Of a DNA stretch of 64,000 bases, positions 53,301 to 64,000 are shown piece by piece. Source of the DNA: Tubiluchus corallicola (Eukaryota; Animalia; Priapulida). Made by a program: the position numbers and the translations under genes. The stretch spans positions 111,355 through 175,354 of the forward strand of contig JAQGDQ010000470.1 of the NCBI GenBank assembly GCA_030141605.1, given 5' to 3'. The stretch's first letter is position 1; each line of letters opens with the position of its first letter. The notes under the pieces are model-generated. The model was not told the DNA's origin. It was given only the letters and a program-made list of their open reading frames with translations, and did no database searches.

Positions 53301-56300
53301 TCATATGAACTAACACTGATTGTCTGTCTTGTATTATGATGGTCAATGTTTTAAAATGGCAAATAAAGATTTTACTACTACTACTACTACGTGAGACAAT
53401 ATACAAGGATTACGAAACTCGATTCAAAAACTTGTGATACAATTTCAGCGAGGACTTGTTCAAACATGTTCATTTGTAATTGTTTTAGCACTAGTATGTA
53501 CAGTTTTACTTCGGAAAATGCAACTTTCAGTTTCAAATAAGTGTGCGCTGAATTTACACGATTTACTCAAACGTATGAAAATTTCAATTTCTTATTTACG
53601 TAATCTTTTGTTTACAAAGCACATATTTTGCACAGTCCACAATGTAGAAGGTTATTTGAAATAAAACTGCGCATTATATTTCCGTGCAACGATGTCACTA
53701 TAGCTATACTTATCATGATATCACATGGCCACAGGGTCCAAAATTATACAGGCAAAATCATCAAAATAATTCCTGCCATATTCGTGCATGTAAAATATAA
53801 GAAAAATTCCAAAAAAGATTAGTTCCGAAAATTTAACTTAATTGTTCTTTGGTCTTAACTTTTTCATTCTGTAAACATTGTTTATGTTTAGAAAGCGATC
53901 AATGGTTGGTCGTAAACAATTATCAAAAATCTTTATATTCGTAATCGCAAAGGTAATACATATTAATGGCTACTGTTATTCATTTAGTCTTGTCTATCTA
54001 CTAGACTTTATATATCTGTTAACTACTGATTCCTAGGTTGTTTTGTGAATAATCGATTCATTGATTTACCAGGTTTTCTACCAACGTTTGGCCCTTGTTA
54101 TGTCAATCTGTACGGATCTCCTAGAGAATTCTCAGAACTTCCGGACGAGTTTGAAGCACTAAATACCGGAAAGGTATATTGTTGTATATTTCAAGTAGTA
54201 AAACTAGGCCTATTATTTAGTCTCGATGATAATCATATCAAGTCGTTCGACGAATTCAAATCAAAATTAAAAATACATACATTAAATCGTTTTGAAAACC
54301 CTACATACGTAAAAGATAATATATATTCATTTTTATTTACCACGTCGATTTTAGATTGTATGTATATATTGTATATAGTCTATTATAATTTGCGTGTAAC
54401 ATTATAACATATATTTTGTTTTATATTTTTGGCACAGTAGTTTTTAGTTTGCACTGGACGCATTTGCCTTTAACAGTTGTGCGAATTTTATTCTCATGCT
54501 GCGATGTTCTTTTATGCTTCTATAGTTATGAATATCGATTTTTTATGGTAAATAAAGATTATTGCATATATAATCATTACATACTTATTTTAATGCGTAC
54601 TGTGCTGACTGTTCACTTGTTTATTATTTAAATTTATTGAAAATTATTAACGACATGTTAAAATCCAAAAATGGAAAAATGTGGATGACAGTGTCAACAG
54701 ACGCTGATGAATAATGCATAATTGTGTATAATTATACAATGTATATTATGTACAATTATGCATAATTAATACATAATAATTTTCCACACCTGACGGAAAC
54801 CAATATCATGATCAGAGCAGACGACAAAGCGGTTTTCGAAAGCAATTTTTAACACCGTATGCAGCATCCGCAGGCCTGTTTTGAAAGGAATAAAATTTAA
54901 AACACGATTGTTTTTTAGTTCTTTTTGTAAATGCAAAACAGACGATAATTCATAATCTTCAGTTATGACTAATCCTAAATACACATAACTTCAACATGAT
55001 TTAATCAGCATAGAATCATCTAACACAATAGGAAGGTTATCAACATTGCTACCATTGATTAGCATAAACTGTGTTTTAATTTTATCATCATTTCAGAATC
55101 ATTACAAAAATTTCTGTAACTTTTCTATTAATTTTCCATGTGTTTCAGCAAAATCATCAGAAGATAATGGAGACCTACCTAAATATCCATCATTCGTGCA
55201 TGCGAGAATTGGGGGGTTTATGAAAAAGAGAATTAATAAACAGTTTTTACCTGTTCTCTATGGGTCATCTGTCACAAGATGTGTGACAGCTATTTGTGTT
55301 TGTGGCACCAGCGTGGCTCGATCACTTATTCTCTGGTGGCTCTTATAGAACACTGTTTTTTATGTGGCAGCTGTGTGATTGTGGTACCAACGTGGCTATA
55401 ACAAGCCTATGGCGTAGTTGTAGAACGCTGTTTTGGACACGGTTTGTTAAACATGTAAACTTACGGGTCACACAGGATTAATTTGTCCAATGACACAATA
55501 CAGTTATAAATTACTGACGAAGTGTGAGTGATAATCACAGGACTAATTTGTCCAATGACACAATACAGTTATAAATTACTGACGAAGTGTCAGTGATAAT
55601 ATTTTGGGTTGTCTAAATTAGAACACTAGAATAGAACCCATGCTGCTATATACCTTTGAATTACATTGTTACGTCGGGTTTTTAATTACACAAAATTCTC
55701 AAGTCGAATATTATATAGCTTTAAATGGATGGCGGATTTCTAGGAACCAGGGAAGTAATTACAAAAGAAATCACACACAAAAGAAGAGATTATAATTTAA
55801 CCCCCCCCCATCTAAAGATTTATTGAACTTGCGATTGTCAACTTAAGTAAAGATTTCTCAAGTACATTATTACCTAAGCGTTTTTTATCGATGATAAACT
55901 TACAGATTTTTTTAATTTCTTTGATCTCAAACGCATTTTCCAGGGTGAAGGATGTTCTTACAGAGGTAGACTTCTTGTACAAATATCAACCACCCTTGGT
56001 AGTCTACCCGAAGCAGCAGTAAGCGAAATACCTTTCGACGATGTACTCCGTGCACAGGTGCGTACAAGTGAAGCTCCTTTCGGGGGCTGCAGTGAAGCTT
56101 TCAGTGTGTACCCTACCAGATAGGTTTTCGTAATCTTTGGTTTATTTGGTCTGATACTTTTGCTCGCTTTAAAAACAAACATGTTTTTATTTTTGTTTTG
56201 ATCTTTGCTGATCTATAGTATTTTTATCTTTGTTCATTATAGCCCTACCAGAGGCGACGCAAGTACAGACTACATGGCGTGTTTCTCAGTGCAACTATGA

Positions 56301-59300
56301 TTGCAGCAATAGATGCACCTATAGAATATGAATTGAGCATAGGTAAGACTGTGCGCGGAATTTTAAGTGTTAAGATTAGAAAATTAAATAGTGAAATCTT
56401 CTTTAAAATAATTTATGTAAAACTGGAAGTTCTTTCAGCTCATAGTTTGAGCCGCTTGTCTTAAGATATCAACTTATAGTTAATTCACAGTGGTGTCTCT
56501 GTCTTCTCTGTCTCTCTTTCTTAATGGTTTTGCATAATACATCCCTCTATCCAATCTCACCATTAAAAGGAAAACCGGACGATTGTTGAGACTCAATCTC
56601 ATTTTAATTTACTGTCCAAAATACATATATTTTCTTGCCTATAAAAGGTTACAGTTGTTCCTTATATTTGAATAATTAGCATAGAAAGTTAATTAATGAC
56701 AGCAATAGCTTACGTCATAAACTAATCGCAGCTTGTGCAATGGCAGGCGTCTTCCCTTGTGCGTCAAGCACGGTTGCATAAGTGTTACGGTACTGTTTAA
56801 ACGCATGATGTCACGAAAAATGGGCTTTACATCATATGACGTCACAAGCTAATACTGCAGTTCATGATCATGGTTATCACGGTACCGCCTTCTATTTATC
56901 GGCCACGCGCACGTGACAAAAAGGCGCCGCTGCCAATCTTAGTAAATTCACTGAGCCGCACGTAGCTTTGAAAGTTTAACGAAATTTGAGAATCCGAGGT
57001 AATTATTATTTAATCTAAGCTTTGATTTTAAAAAAACTTTTGTAGTTTTCAATATTTTAGAGCATTATTTATTCTGAGTTAATGTTTACACAATCATCCG
57101 GTTTTCCTTTAACCTGGAGTAATAAAGAGGTGAAATCTAAAGAGACTGGCTTAATTTGTTTTAGGTAATTACGGTAATAAGCTTGATGAGAACGTGCCGC
57201 CATGTTCATCTACAACGCAACCAACCAATGCAGTCTTTGACGGTTCAAACTACTACTTCCTACCTTGGAGTGTCATCAAACCTTATGTTTTGGTCGACTC
57301 TCAATGGGAGGACATCGGATTCAGGATGGAAACTACCAACTTTATTCTGAAAATGGCGCACGGTTTAGTAAGCTAAGCTAATGTATAACGATAACAAATA
57401 AAAAAAGAAGATTTCAATGAGATGACGTCACCGTGCGTGCATGCATGTGTTTGTATATGTAATGCTAGCCCTAAAAATTTAGTATAAAATACAAATACAA
57501 CACGCCGATACAATTAGGTCGGTCCAGTTAGTCAACCATCATTCAGTCAATCGTTTAGATAATAAATAGTCAATCACCCAGTCAGTCAGTTAGGCAGTCA
57601 GTCACCCATTTAGTCATTTAGTCAGTCAGTCAGTTAATCGGCCAGCTAGCCGCCATTAGTGAGTCCTGTTACGTATGTAATAGACAATCAATCAATCCAT
57701 CAGTCAGTCATTGATTCATTCATTCACTCAGTCAGTCAATCAGTCAGTCAGTTAGTTGAGCAGTCAGTTACTCCATCAGTAATTCAGCTAGTTAGTTAGT
57801 CAGTCAGTCAGTTAATCAAGCAGTCAGTTACTCCATCAGTAATTCAGCTAGTTAGTCAGCCAGCCAGTCAGTCAGTCGGACAGACAGTCAATTACTTAGT
57901 CAACTAATCAGTCAGTCAGTCGCTCACTCAGTCAACTATAAAGAAATTTTTACCTGGTATGCTTAGTTGGTAATTACCAACTTAGTTAGTTACTTATTTT
58001 CTAATCTAATGATCATGTAACTTTATTATAGGAGAAATCTTTAAAACTCATCAAAACTCGCCACAGAGAAAAGTTGTCAAGAGAAGCCATAGCACCCGTG
58101 GTCATCCAAATGCTAAACGATTTCATCACTTTAGCAGGGTAAGTGTTCGGTATTGTCTGAAAAATTACAGGTATTTCCAGCAAAACGTTTGGGTAGACGG
58201 CAAAATACTGCTGCTACAGCTGACATGCCAGTATTTGACGTAATTTCAGGAAGCCACTTCCGGAGCCAGTTCCCGGACAACATTTGTCGAACGAACTGGA
58301 TTCTCGGTTGGTGGCCATTCGCCAAGAGGGAGTCTCTGATCTGGTTGCTGAAGCCATTTCACTGAGAGATACTGCAACTGAAATAGATGACGTCATTTCA
58401 AACGTAGAAGAGTTTTTATCGAAGTTGAAGCTCCTTGCTGTAGAGGTAAGAAAAAGTGTGAGGTCTGTGCCTAAAACTGTCAATAAAGGTATTTACGCAT
58501 AAATGAAATATGCTTTCCTTATGAGCCAACTAAACTTATTAGTTAGTTTAGTTTAAACATAATTTATTATAGGATTGGATCAGACAGTTTGAACAACATG
58601 ATTTAGGATCCTCACCACAACAGACTTTATACACTATTTACAAAAACATTTACAGTAAGAATAGACTATAACTATACAAGCTGACAAGTTTTACTACAAG
58701 AATACTTTAGACATTAGTAGAAAATGACGGTTAGAAAATATTAATGTACGAATATTTAAGACTTATGCATTTCATATCAGATAGAAACTACTGGAAGCAT
58801 TTAGTACGTATTATAAAGTCATGTATGCATTGGAATATTTTACAGTTAGCAACATAGTTAAATTCATCTTATTAATAAACTTATTAGTTGCAGCATCTAT
58901 AGCAGAAAAATCCTCTTGCATAACAGCAACATTACTGTTACGATTGCGTTCAACTAACAGTGCACTCTTAGACATCACATACTCATTAAATTTGAACTGA
59001 AATTGTCTGCTGGTCTGCACCATCTAAAATCTGTTACATCTACGGACAGGCGTGCTTATATAGCTTAGAATTAATGGCATGTGAAACATAATACTGCACT
59101 GTGTATTGAACACAGAGGCAACTGCAATGTTGCTGTTTTGAAGTTTTGATTTTTCTGTTTTAAGTTGCGGATAATAAGTTTGGTTTGCTAATAAACTGCT
59201 TCAACGTACAGTGGAAAGATATAAGTAAAGGAAAGCTGTCTAAACAGTGATTTTGATCAAACTATTAATTAAATTATTAAATTAATAACTTAAGATTAAA

Positions 59301-62264
59301 TACTTGACGATGTGAGATTAAATTACTGTCTTGGCTAGAAGCTCAGTTAGGTGTGGCATATTACGTGATGATCAGCTGATGTTCGACCGGCTGAGTCAGA
59401 AGTAAAGATTGATGATGTAATTCTTATGCGCAGAATGGCGCATTAGGTAGTTAGACAAAAGAATATTGAGGCCCGTACCTCGGGCAGATTAGGAACTGAC
59501 TCGAAGACGGAGGACTGGCATTACTATGCTCTTATGTTTACCGTATTGTGTTTGGTCTTTAATGTGTCGCTTGCTAAATAAAGTCTTGATACTTTGCCAT
59601 GCCCATCGTGGCTGTTCCACACTTCTGCAATCTTCACGAGCCACAGCCACCAACACAATAACCAGCAAGCAGCTATAACCACTATCACAAACAGACTTTA
59701 ATTCATCAGAAACAGAAATTATTTTACTTATAGATAAAATGCATGGATAAAGATTAAATATTTCATTAATAAGCCATACTTCGCATTTAGCAGTTAAAGT
59801 GTTTACATTTATTTAAATTTTTGCAGCTTGGTATTCTGCAAAAATAACTTCATGTATTTGATTTTTATGAAAGTTTAATCGTTAATAGATGCCCAAATTC
59901 TAATCAATGTCATCATGTACTTTCAGCCTCAAAACAGCATACCTGACGTGATAGTTTGGATGATCAGCGGTAGCAAGAGGATCGCGTACTGTCGCATTCC
60001 TGCAAACGCATTGCTGTATTCTCCCGAAGAGGAGTATCGCGGAGAATTCTGTGGGAAGACGCAATGTCTTTATCTAAAGGTAAGATGCTAAATAATACAG
60101 TGGGTTTAATTTGCTAAGCTAATAAGATACAATGTCTTTATCTAAAGGTAAGATGCTAAATAATACAGTGGGTTTAATTTGCTAAGCTAATAAGATACAA
60201 TGTCTTTATCTAAAGGTAAGATGCTAAATAATACAGTGGGTTTAATATGCTAATCTAATAAGATGCATTGTCTCTATCTAAAAGTAAGATGCTAAATAAC
60301 ACAGTGGGTTTAATTTGCTAATCTAATAAGACACAATGTCTTTATCTAAAAGTAAGATGCTAAATAACACAGTGGGTTTAATTTGCTAATCTAATAAGAC
60401 ACAATGTCTTTATCTAAAGGTAAGATGCTAAATAATACAGTGGGTTTAATTTGCTAATCTAATAAGACACAATGTCTTTATCTAAAGGTAAGATGCTAAA
60501 TAACACAGTGGGTTTAATTTGCTAATCTAATAAGACACAATGTCTTTATCTAAAGGTAAGATGCTAAATAATACAGTGGGTTTAATTTGCTAAGCTAATA
60601 AGATACAATGTCTTTATCTAAAGGTAAGATGCTAAATAATACAGTGGGTTTAATTTGCTAATCTAATAAGATGCATTGTTTTAATAGTCACTTTTTCTAT
60701 TGTGGAGTTATCTTATCTGATAAAAGACACAAAAGTTTTTTTCGTGTGGGGTTAGTAATTTTGAACCAATAATTAGGATCAGAAATTGTAAACACGAAGC
60801 TCATTTAACAACATGGCAGGTAGAAATTGTAATAGTCATTATATCATTAACTGTGTGTCTGTAAAGTTCATTCATGATGACACTTTCTTCAGTGTAAAGG
60901 CAAATTAAAAGAAATTTTAACCAATCATGTTTCCGTGTATTGTGTTATAGTATGTCTGTCACACCATCTTGCGTTAAAACACAACGAGTGCAGTACTGGG
61001 TTAAATTAATTTCTTTTGCATGTTTAAGTATCCAGGAAAAGCTTCCCAGAACTTTGCTGTACCATGTCAAGTACGAATCAAATGCTGGTTTGGACTGGAA
61101 AAGTACGACCAACACTGGTACGACATTCAAACTGATGGAGAATTAGCAGTGTTCGCAGAAACGGTAAAGTAAAATAATGATTACTGAGTCATTTAAATGA
61201 GTTTACTTCTAACAATGTTATGAATGTTATGTTCATCATTACTTGTGGAGATGATGCCAGTCGTAGAATCACTGGCGCACTTATACTAACATTGGACTCA
61301 ACTATTGAGCAAGAAGTTTTGCTTGCCTCTTTACAAACTCTGCTTCGTTCTTACCTGACTTGATATCTGAATATTCACACAGAAAATCAACGGAAATATG
61401 AATGAATTATTTATTATAAATTGTTTAAAAAGCAAAATTTGGCGAAAAAAGGAATTTTAAAAAATCCAGATCAGGACTTAATCTGGATTACAACCAGGCC
61501 TTTAAATTACACCTTATCTCTGACCATGCATAGCCCCTTGTAAATCAAGCCAGGCCTTTAGTACAAAAGCAATTCCGAACAAATTTATTCATTAATAAAC
61601 CAATTTTGGCGTCAATTAATGAAAAATGCCAAAGATTATGGTCTCAAAGCTTTGACCTGTAGGTTAAAACAAATTTTCATCTTTAAATTTTGTTGTTTTT
61701 TAACAAATGTTGCATTTATATGTATTTCAGTATGAAAATCAAGTTTTCCTTCCCGTTGTCAAATGGACAAACAAGGGGCCAGGAATGACAAGGCCAAAAT
61801 GGTCAGATGCAAGTGGACGAATAAAACAACCAAAGGACAGTTTTAGCGAACCAAATGGTTGGAGGTTCGCCAGTGAGTGGTACATCAGTCCAGAACTAAG
61901 GTATCAAATTGACAAGACATCGTTGCAGAAATGTACATCTATCTAAACACGTATTCATAAACGTTCTTTGGGTGTTTCTCTCATGCTTCATGTGCAGTTC
62001 ATTTGACATGGAACTCCCGTGCCAGAAGCAGCATTAGGCAGTTGTTAGAAAATAAAAGTTCTAGCACTTAAATAACGTCACAAAATGCATAAGAAAATTT
62101 TGAATTTTTTCAGTACTTTTGTAAATGTGATTAACACGTCATTTTGCAGTATGCTGTATGACAGAGATGCTGGACACACTACATTTATTGAAGACGTGTA
62201 TGAGTGTCAGTCCAGGTTACCTGCTGTTGGATGGGGTGCTGCTGCTACGCCATGGGCGGATGTG
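28800..62264 (+). CDS. MYOF: Type-I ferlin (myoferlin/dysferlin-like), N-terminal part; continues beyond the window. Exons: 28800-28893, 33251-33306, 34511-34602, 34983-35085, 35748-35865, 38459-38607, 43319-43513, 44294-44344, 44860-45006, 47077-47120, 47808-47890, 48390-48562, 49317-49360, [50038-50117 or 52566-52645], 54073-54173, 55944-56057, 56243-56342, 57165-57367, 58032-58138, 58250-58445, 59927-60079, 61029-61163, 61731-61900, 62150-62264
   Basis: Phase-consistent GT-AG splicing gives C2A (KSDPY..NPSWNE), [12 protein letters not shown] (C2B), KWLLL..GYLKVS and NLLRPAG (FerI), RAEDIP..VDPY..FPSMC..DWD (C2C), [25 protein letters not shown], Fer[13 protein letters not shown] (FerB), FAETYENQ and DAGH..EDVYE (DysF). 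The symbol is approximate: an invertebrate gene would be co-orthologous to MYOF/DYSF/FER1L5. Confidence 0.95.
28930..29130 (+). mobile_element. LINE 3' UTR fragment
   Basis: Near-identical to 54365-54565; ends GCAAATAAAGATTATTA. Confidence 0.75.
29785..30232 (+). mobile_element. 5'-truncated LINE (L2/CR1-group-like) 3' end
   Basis: Encodes [42 protein letters not shown], then a 3' UTR with the GCACTGACGCATTTGCC core and AATAAA. Confidence 0.75.
32925..33215 (+). mobile_element. Dispersed repeat family B, copy 2
   Basis: Matches 13786-14083; CTAG 3' end. Confidence 0.55.
33251..33306 (+). CDS. Ferlin exon 2 ([19 protein letters not shown])
   Basis: AG/GT boundaries, C2 motif NPxWNE. Confidence 0.9.
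34511..34602 (+). CDS. Ferlin exon 3 ([11 protein letters not shown]...[11 protein letters not shown])
   Basis: AG/GT boundaries, ferlin C2A motif. Confidence 0.9.
34983..35085 (+). CDS. Ferlin exon 4 ([13 protein letters not shown]...QQLP)
   Basis: AG/GT boundaries, phase compatible. Confidence 0.88.
35748..35865 (+). CDS. Ferlin exon 5 ([14 protein letters not shown]...)
   Basis: AG/GT boundaries, last strand of C2A plus linker. Confidence 0.85.
36567..37110 (-). mobile_element. 5S-derived SINE, copy 2 (full-length head)
   Basis: Reverse complement of the 16010 copy; intact GGATGGGTGACC C-box; tail GGATGCCAACAAC. Confidence 0.9.
38459..38607 (+). CDS. Ferlin exon 6 (...[10 protein letters not shown])
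   Basis: AG/GT boundaries, KPQDFQ motif. Confidence 0.9.
39315..39824 (-). mobile_element. 5S-derived SINE, copy 3 (5'-truncated within the 5S head)
   Basis: Same body; possible TSD GCGTAA at 39308-39313 and 39825-39830. Confidence 0.9.
40304..40922. mobile_element. piggyBac-like MITE
   Basis: TTAA|CACGTATAGGGTCACG ... CGTGACCCTATAAGGG|TTAA with subterminal inverted AAAAATTACCCCC/GGGGGTAATTTTT. Confidence 0.75.
41422..42232. mobile_element. MITE with TA flanks and subterminal TCAAATGT repeats
   Basis: GGTTTTACACGTCAAATGTAGAC ... GTCTATATTTGACATGTAAAACC; repeated TCAAATGT / ACATTTGA inside both ends. Confidence 0.7.
42630..43092 (-). mobile_element. LINE 3' UTR fragment
   Basis: Inverted copy of 23101-23560. 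Confidence 0.75.
43319..43513 (+). CDS. Ferlin exon 7 ([11 protein letters not shown]...FVNFK), C2B
   Basis: AG/GT boundaries, ferlin C2B motif. Confidence 0.92.
44294..44344 (+). CDS. Ferlin exon 8 ([17 protein letters not shown])
   Basis: AG/GT boundaries. Confidence 0.9.
44860..45006 (+). CDS. Ferlin exon 9 (CDMGAIY...KWLLL...[17 protein letters not shown])
   Basis: AG/GT boundaries, FerI motif. Confidence 0.93.
46244..46792 (+). mobile_element. Kolobok-like MITE (family A)
   Basis: Matches 16853-17399 end to end; TTAA on the right. Confidence 0.85.
47077..47120 (+). CDS. Ferlin exon 10 ([15 protein letters not shown])
   Basis: AG/GT boundaries; DDIE-NLL junction typical of FerI. Confidence 0.85.
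47297..47711. mobile_element. hAT-type MITE
   Basis: TIRs CACTGGTGTGCAAA ... TTTGCACACCCCTG, GGGCC subterminal motifs, imperfect TGTAGAA flanking duplication. Confidence 0.65.
47808..47890 (+). CDS. Ferlin exon 11 ([27 protein letters not shown])
   Basis: AG/GT boundaries, RAED motif. Confidence 0.92.
48390..48562 (+). CDS. Ferlin exon 12 (MDTNV...[14 protein letters not shown]...PEWNE..), C2C
   Basis: AG/GT boundaries. Confidence 0.93.
48845..49144 (-). mobile_element. Kolobok-like MITE (family A), truncated
   Basis: TTAA|AGGAAGACCAGACGATTG start; matches the first ~300 bp of the 56567 copy. Confidence 0.75.
49317..49360 (+). CDS. Ferlin exon 13 ([15 protein letters not shown])
   Basis: AG/GT boundaries, FPSMC motif. 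Confidence 0.92.
50038..50117 (+). CDS. Ferlin exon 14a ([26 protein letters not shown]), mutually exclusive
   Basis: TATAG acceptor, G|GTACGG donor, 80 bp. Confidence 0.8.
50250..51925 (+). mobile_element. Dispersed repeat family D, split by an LTR insertion
   Basis: 50250-50581 plus 51767-51925 together match the uninterrupted copy at 62468-62922. Confidence 0.75.
50582..51766. mobile_element. 1185-bp solo-LTR-like insertion with 5-bp TSD
   Basis: TGTGACG...CGTCACA termini, ACGAC duplicated on both sides; empty site visible in the paralogous repeat at ~62790. Confidence 0.8.
52566..52645 (+). CDS. Ferlin exon 14b ([26 protein letters not shown]), mutually exclusive
   Basis: TTGTAG acceptor, G|GTGAAT donor, 80 bp, same phases as 14a. 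Confidence 0.82.
53150..53390 (+). mobile_element. LINE 3' UTR fragment with (TAC)n tail
   Basis: Inverted near-identical copy of 13109-13335. Confidence 0.75.
54073..54173 (+). CDS. Ferlin exon 15 ([20 protein letters not shown]...NTGK)
   Basis: Diagnostic ferlin motif. Confidence 0.95.
54230..54565 (+). mobile_element. LINE 3' end
   Basis: [23 protein letters not shown] remnant plus 3' UTR shared with 28930-29130. Confidence 0.75.
55944..56057 (+). CDS. Ferlin exon 16 ([14 protein letters not shown]...)
   Basis: GEGxxYRGR motif. Confidence 0.93.
56243..56342 (+). CDS. Ferlin exon 17 ([10 protein letters not shown]...EYELSIG)
   Basis: AG/GT boundaries. Confidence 0.92.
56567..57108 (-). 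mobile_element. Kolobok-like MITE (family A)
   Basis: Inverted full-length copy with TTAA flanks. Confidence 0.85.
57165..57367 (+). CDS. Ferlin exon 18 (NYGNKLD...STTQ..AVFDG..YYFLPW...WEDI)
   Basis: Diagnostic ferlin motifs. Confidence 0.95.
57525..57935. repeat. Degenerate (CAGT)n tetranucleotide region
   Basis: Direct. Confidence 0.8.
58032..58138 (+). CDS. Ferlin exon 19 (EKSLKLIK...LNDFITLAG), FerA
   Basis: AG/GT boundaries, phase compatible. Confidence 0.85.
58250..58445 (+). CDS. Ferlin exon 20 (KPLPEP...NELD...LLAVE), FerA
   Basis: AG/GT boundaries. Confidence 0.9.
59927..60079 (+). CDS. Ferlin exon 21 ([12 protein letters not shown]...[10 protein letters not shown]), FerB
   Basis: Diagnostic FerB motif. 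Confidence 0.95.
60062..60678 (+). repeat. 68-bp tandem repeat, 9 copies, spanning the exon 21 donor site
   Basis: Unit CAATGTCTTTATCTAAAG|GTAAGATGCTAAATAATACAGTGGGTTTAATTTGCTAAGCTAATAAGATA. Confidence 0.97.
61029..61163 (+). CDS. Ferlin exon 22 (YPGK...[13 protein letters not shown]...VFAET)
   Basis: AG/GT boundaries, FerB end. Confidence 0.92.
61731..61900 (+). CDS. Ferlin exon 23 (YENQ...WSDASG...[14 protein letters not shown]), DysF
   Basis: YENQ/WSD/GW DysF-N motifs. Confidence 0.94.
62150..62264 (+). CDS. Ferlin exon 24 ([29 protein letters not shown]), inner DysF
   Basis: DAGH...EDVYE motif. Confidence 0.93.
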
Positions 62265-62467
62265 GTACGTACGGGTTGCAGTCACTTCATAGTTTCATGC
62301 GTGGGCTCTTATAGTCATCTTCTGACACCAATGACATGGTGGCTCACACTTGACAAGGAGGCTTCTGAGAATTTATAGCCTAATATAGGAAATAGCCGGG
62401 CTTAATCCTCTTTTTCACTTCACCACCATCAGGTCACATAACCTCACGGATAGTCGGTGTTGACAAA

Positions 62468-62922
62468 CATGCGCTAAATACAAGTCCAACAGTCTTTTAG
62501 ATGATTTTTTATTGTCCGAAACGGGCAATCATCGTCTCATTCCAAAATCACTATCACATCACGACATATTTGACTGACTGACTGACTGACTTACATATTA
62601 TGTGCAACTTGACTTCGTTTTATCTGAAGCAAATAAGAACAGGTTCTGCTAATCCAACATCAAAAAATTAACTAATTGGTATAATGATGACGAATAATAA
62701 GATGATGAAATAGGAAGAAATCAAACTTACATCTTTGCCGCATCTTACTAACTTGCTAAAGAGAACTCGACTGACAAAATTTCATTACTAAACGACACAA
62801 CGTATTGAACTTCTTTCCTATGCTGTCTCCAAAATAAGGCCAATTTCCTGTCCTAGCTCACCTGTCGATCAACAGCTTAATTTTACAAACACAAAGAGGC
62901 ACCACGTGCTTATATCCAAAAC
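62468..62922 (+). mobile_element. Dispersed repeat family D, uninterrupted copy
   Basis: Matches 50250-50581 plus 51767-51925. Confidence 0.7.
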
Positions 62923-63189
62923 ACAAGCCGACTCAAACCTACGCAAAAAATTGATACATAGACGTATTTTTACACTCACTAGCATTTACAAGTTACTTTC
63001 AAGTAGGCCCATTATTCTGTTTAGTGCTAATACCACCAATAAACCTGTAAATCGTAAAGTACATAACATATTATCAGTTTGTCAATTAGACGTGAAATAT
63101 AAATTTCATGACAGCGGGGGAAGAAAGGTAAGGTAATGTCAAACTAAAGCTAGAGTGTTTTGATAATTTTGATAAAGAATTTTGATAAT

Positions 63190-63937
63190 TCTTTTTTTCT
63201 TGCCTGGAAGTTAAGTGCTGGAATAGTTTACCTCTTGATATCCATATCTCTAACTCTTTAAACATCTTTAAATATCGACTCAAGAATCACATGTGTTTCT
63301 ACACATAAGCTGACTACTTACTTTTCAAGTGCTCCTCGAAATTCATCTGTACACCATACTAGAATGAGGGTTGATTTTTGTCAACTAAATTATGATTTAC
63401 ACCTCAGAAAATGTAAAAATCACGATGGGTCGCTAGTATCACCCAATTTTCAATGTGGTTCTACTGATGAAACAGTCGGTGATTACTTAATTAGCTGCCC
63501 TCTTTACGACCAGGCCAGACACGACTTATTTACAAATCTCTGCACTCTTTTGTCAGCTTTTAACATCAATGTTTACAGTCTTGCAACAAATAAACTTGTA
63601 CGTTTGTTCCTGCACGGGAACCATACCCTAGATAATTCTGTGAACATTCAAATTTTTGTTTTAGTGCGGTCTTTTATTTCAAACATTAAGCACTTTCAAT
63701 AGCATTAACTTTGTTTAAAATGTCATATATGGTTTCATAATCGTCTTTCAGCTTCAAGATGTTTTATTTGTACTTATTTGAAACCTTTGTGGTGAACTCC
63801 TACCTTTTATCTCGAAACAGGCAAGTGAGACAACATAAGTTATCGTTTTATGCCAAGGGGCATAAAAAGTTGTAAGTTTGGCAAACTGGCTAAATGCTTA
63901 TACAAAAAACTCACTATATTTAAACTCGAAATAAAAA
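63190..63937 (+). mobile_element. Non-LTR retrotransposon 3' fragment with degenerate C-terminal CCHC region
   Basis: KCWNSLPLDI..SLNIFKYRLK then HTRMRV..QLNYDLH...QCG..DETVGDYLISCPLYDQAR...LLFLHGN-like..NIQIF..VRSFI; AATAAA at ~63930. Confidence 0.75.
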
Positions 63938-64000
63938 GACATTTTCTTACAGGCGAACTTGACGTAGAAACATTTTAATTAGTAAGAAGTAATTTAACAA

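Noticed and set aside
59032-59665. Possible solo LTR in ferlin intron 20
   Set aside because: Has an LTR-like AATAAA and 3' composition, but I could not find matching TG..CA ends with a TSD.

Overview
AT-rich eukaryotic DNA from an invertebrate animal; the taxon cannot be fixed from sequence alone. Most entries in the ORF track are microsatellite or transposon artefacts, so I assembled genes by hand from GT-AG splice sites and reading-frame phase. The window holds four genes, all on the + strand. (1) An intronless rhodopsin-class, FMRFamide-receptor-like GPCR (2196-3326) whose last 72 bp, stop codon included, occur as 8 tandem copies. (2) A six-coding-exon gene (9665-19449, 246 aa) that the ORF track shows only as fragments: signal peptide, acidic BRICHOS-like domain, furin site RIKR, then an unusual 64-aa Arg/Tyr-rich peptide with one Cys pair and an Arg12 run. 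This is the main candidate for an undescribed system. (3) A secreted Gln-rich/acidic orphan protein (25167-25637). (4) The 5' part of a type-I (DysF-containing) myoferlin/dysferlin-like ferlin (28800 to beyond 62264), with a pair of apparently mutually exclusive 80-bp exons in its third C2 domain. Between and within these lie a 5S-rRNA-headed, RTE-tailed SINE (3 copies), solo LTRs, Kolobok-, piggyBac-, Tc1/pogo- and hAT-type MITEs, LINE 3' ends and many mini- and microsatellites.
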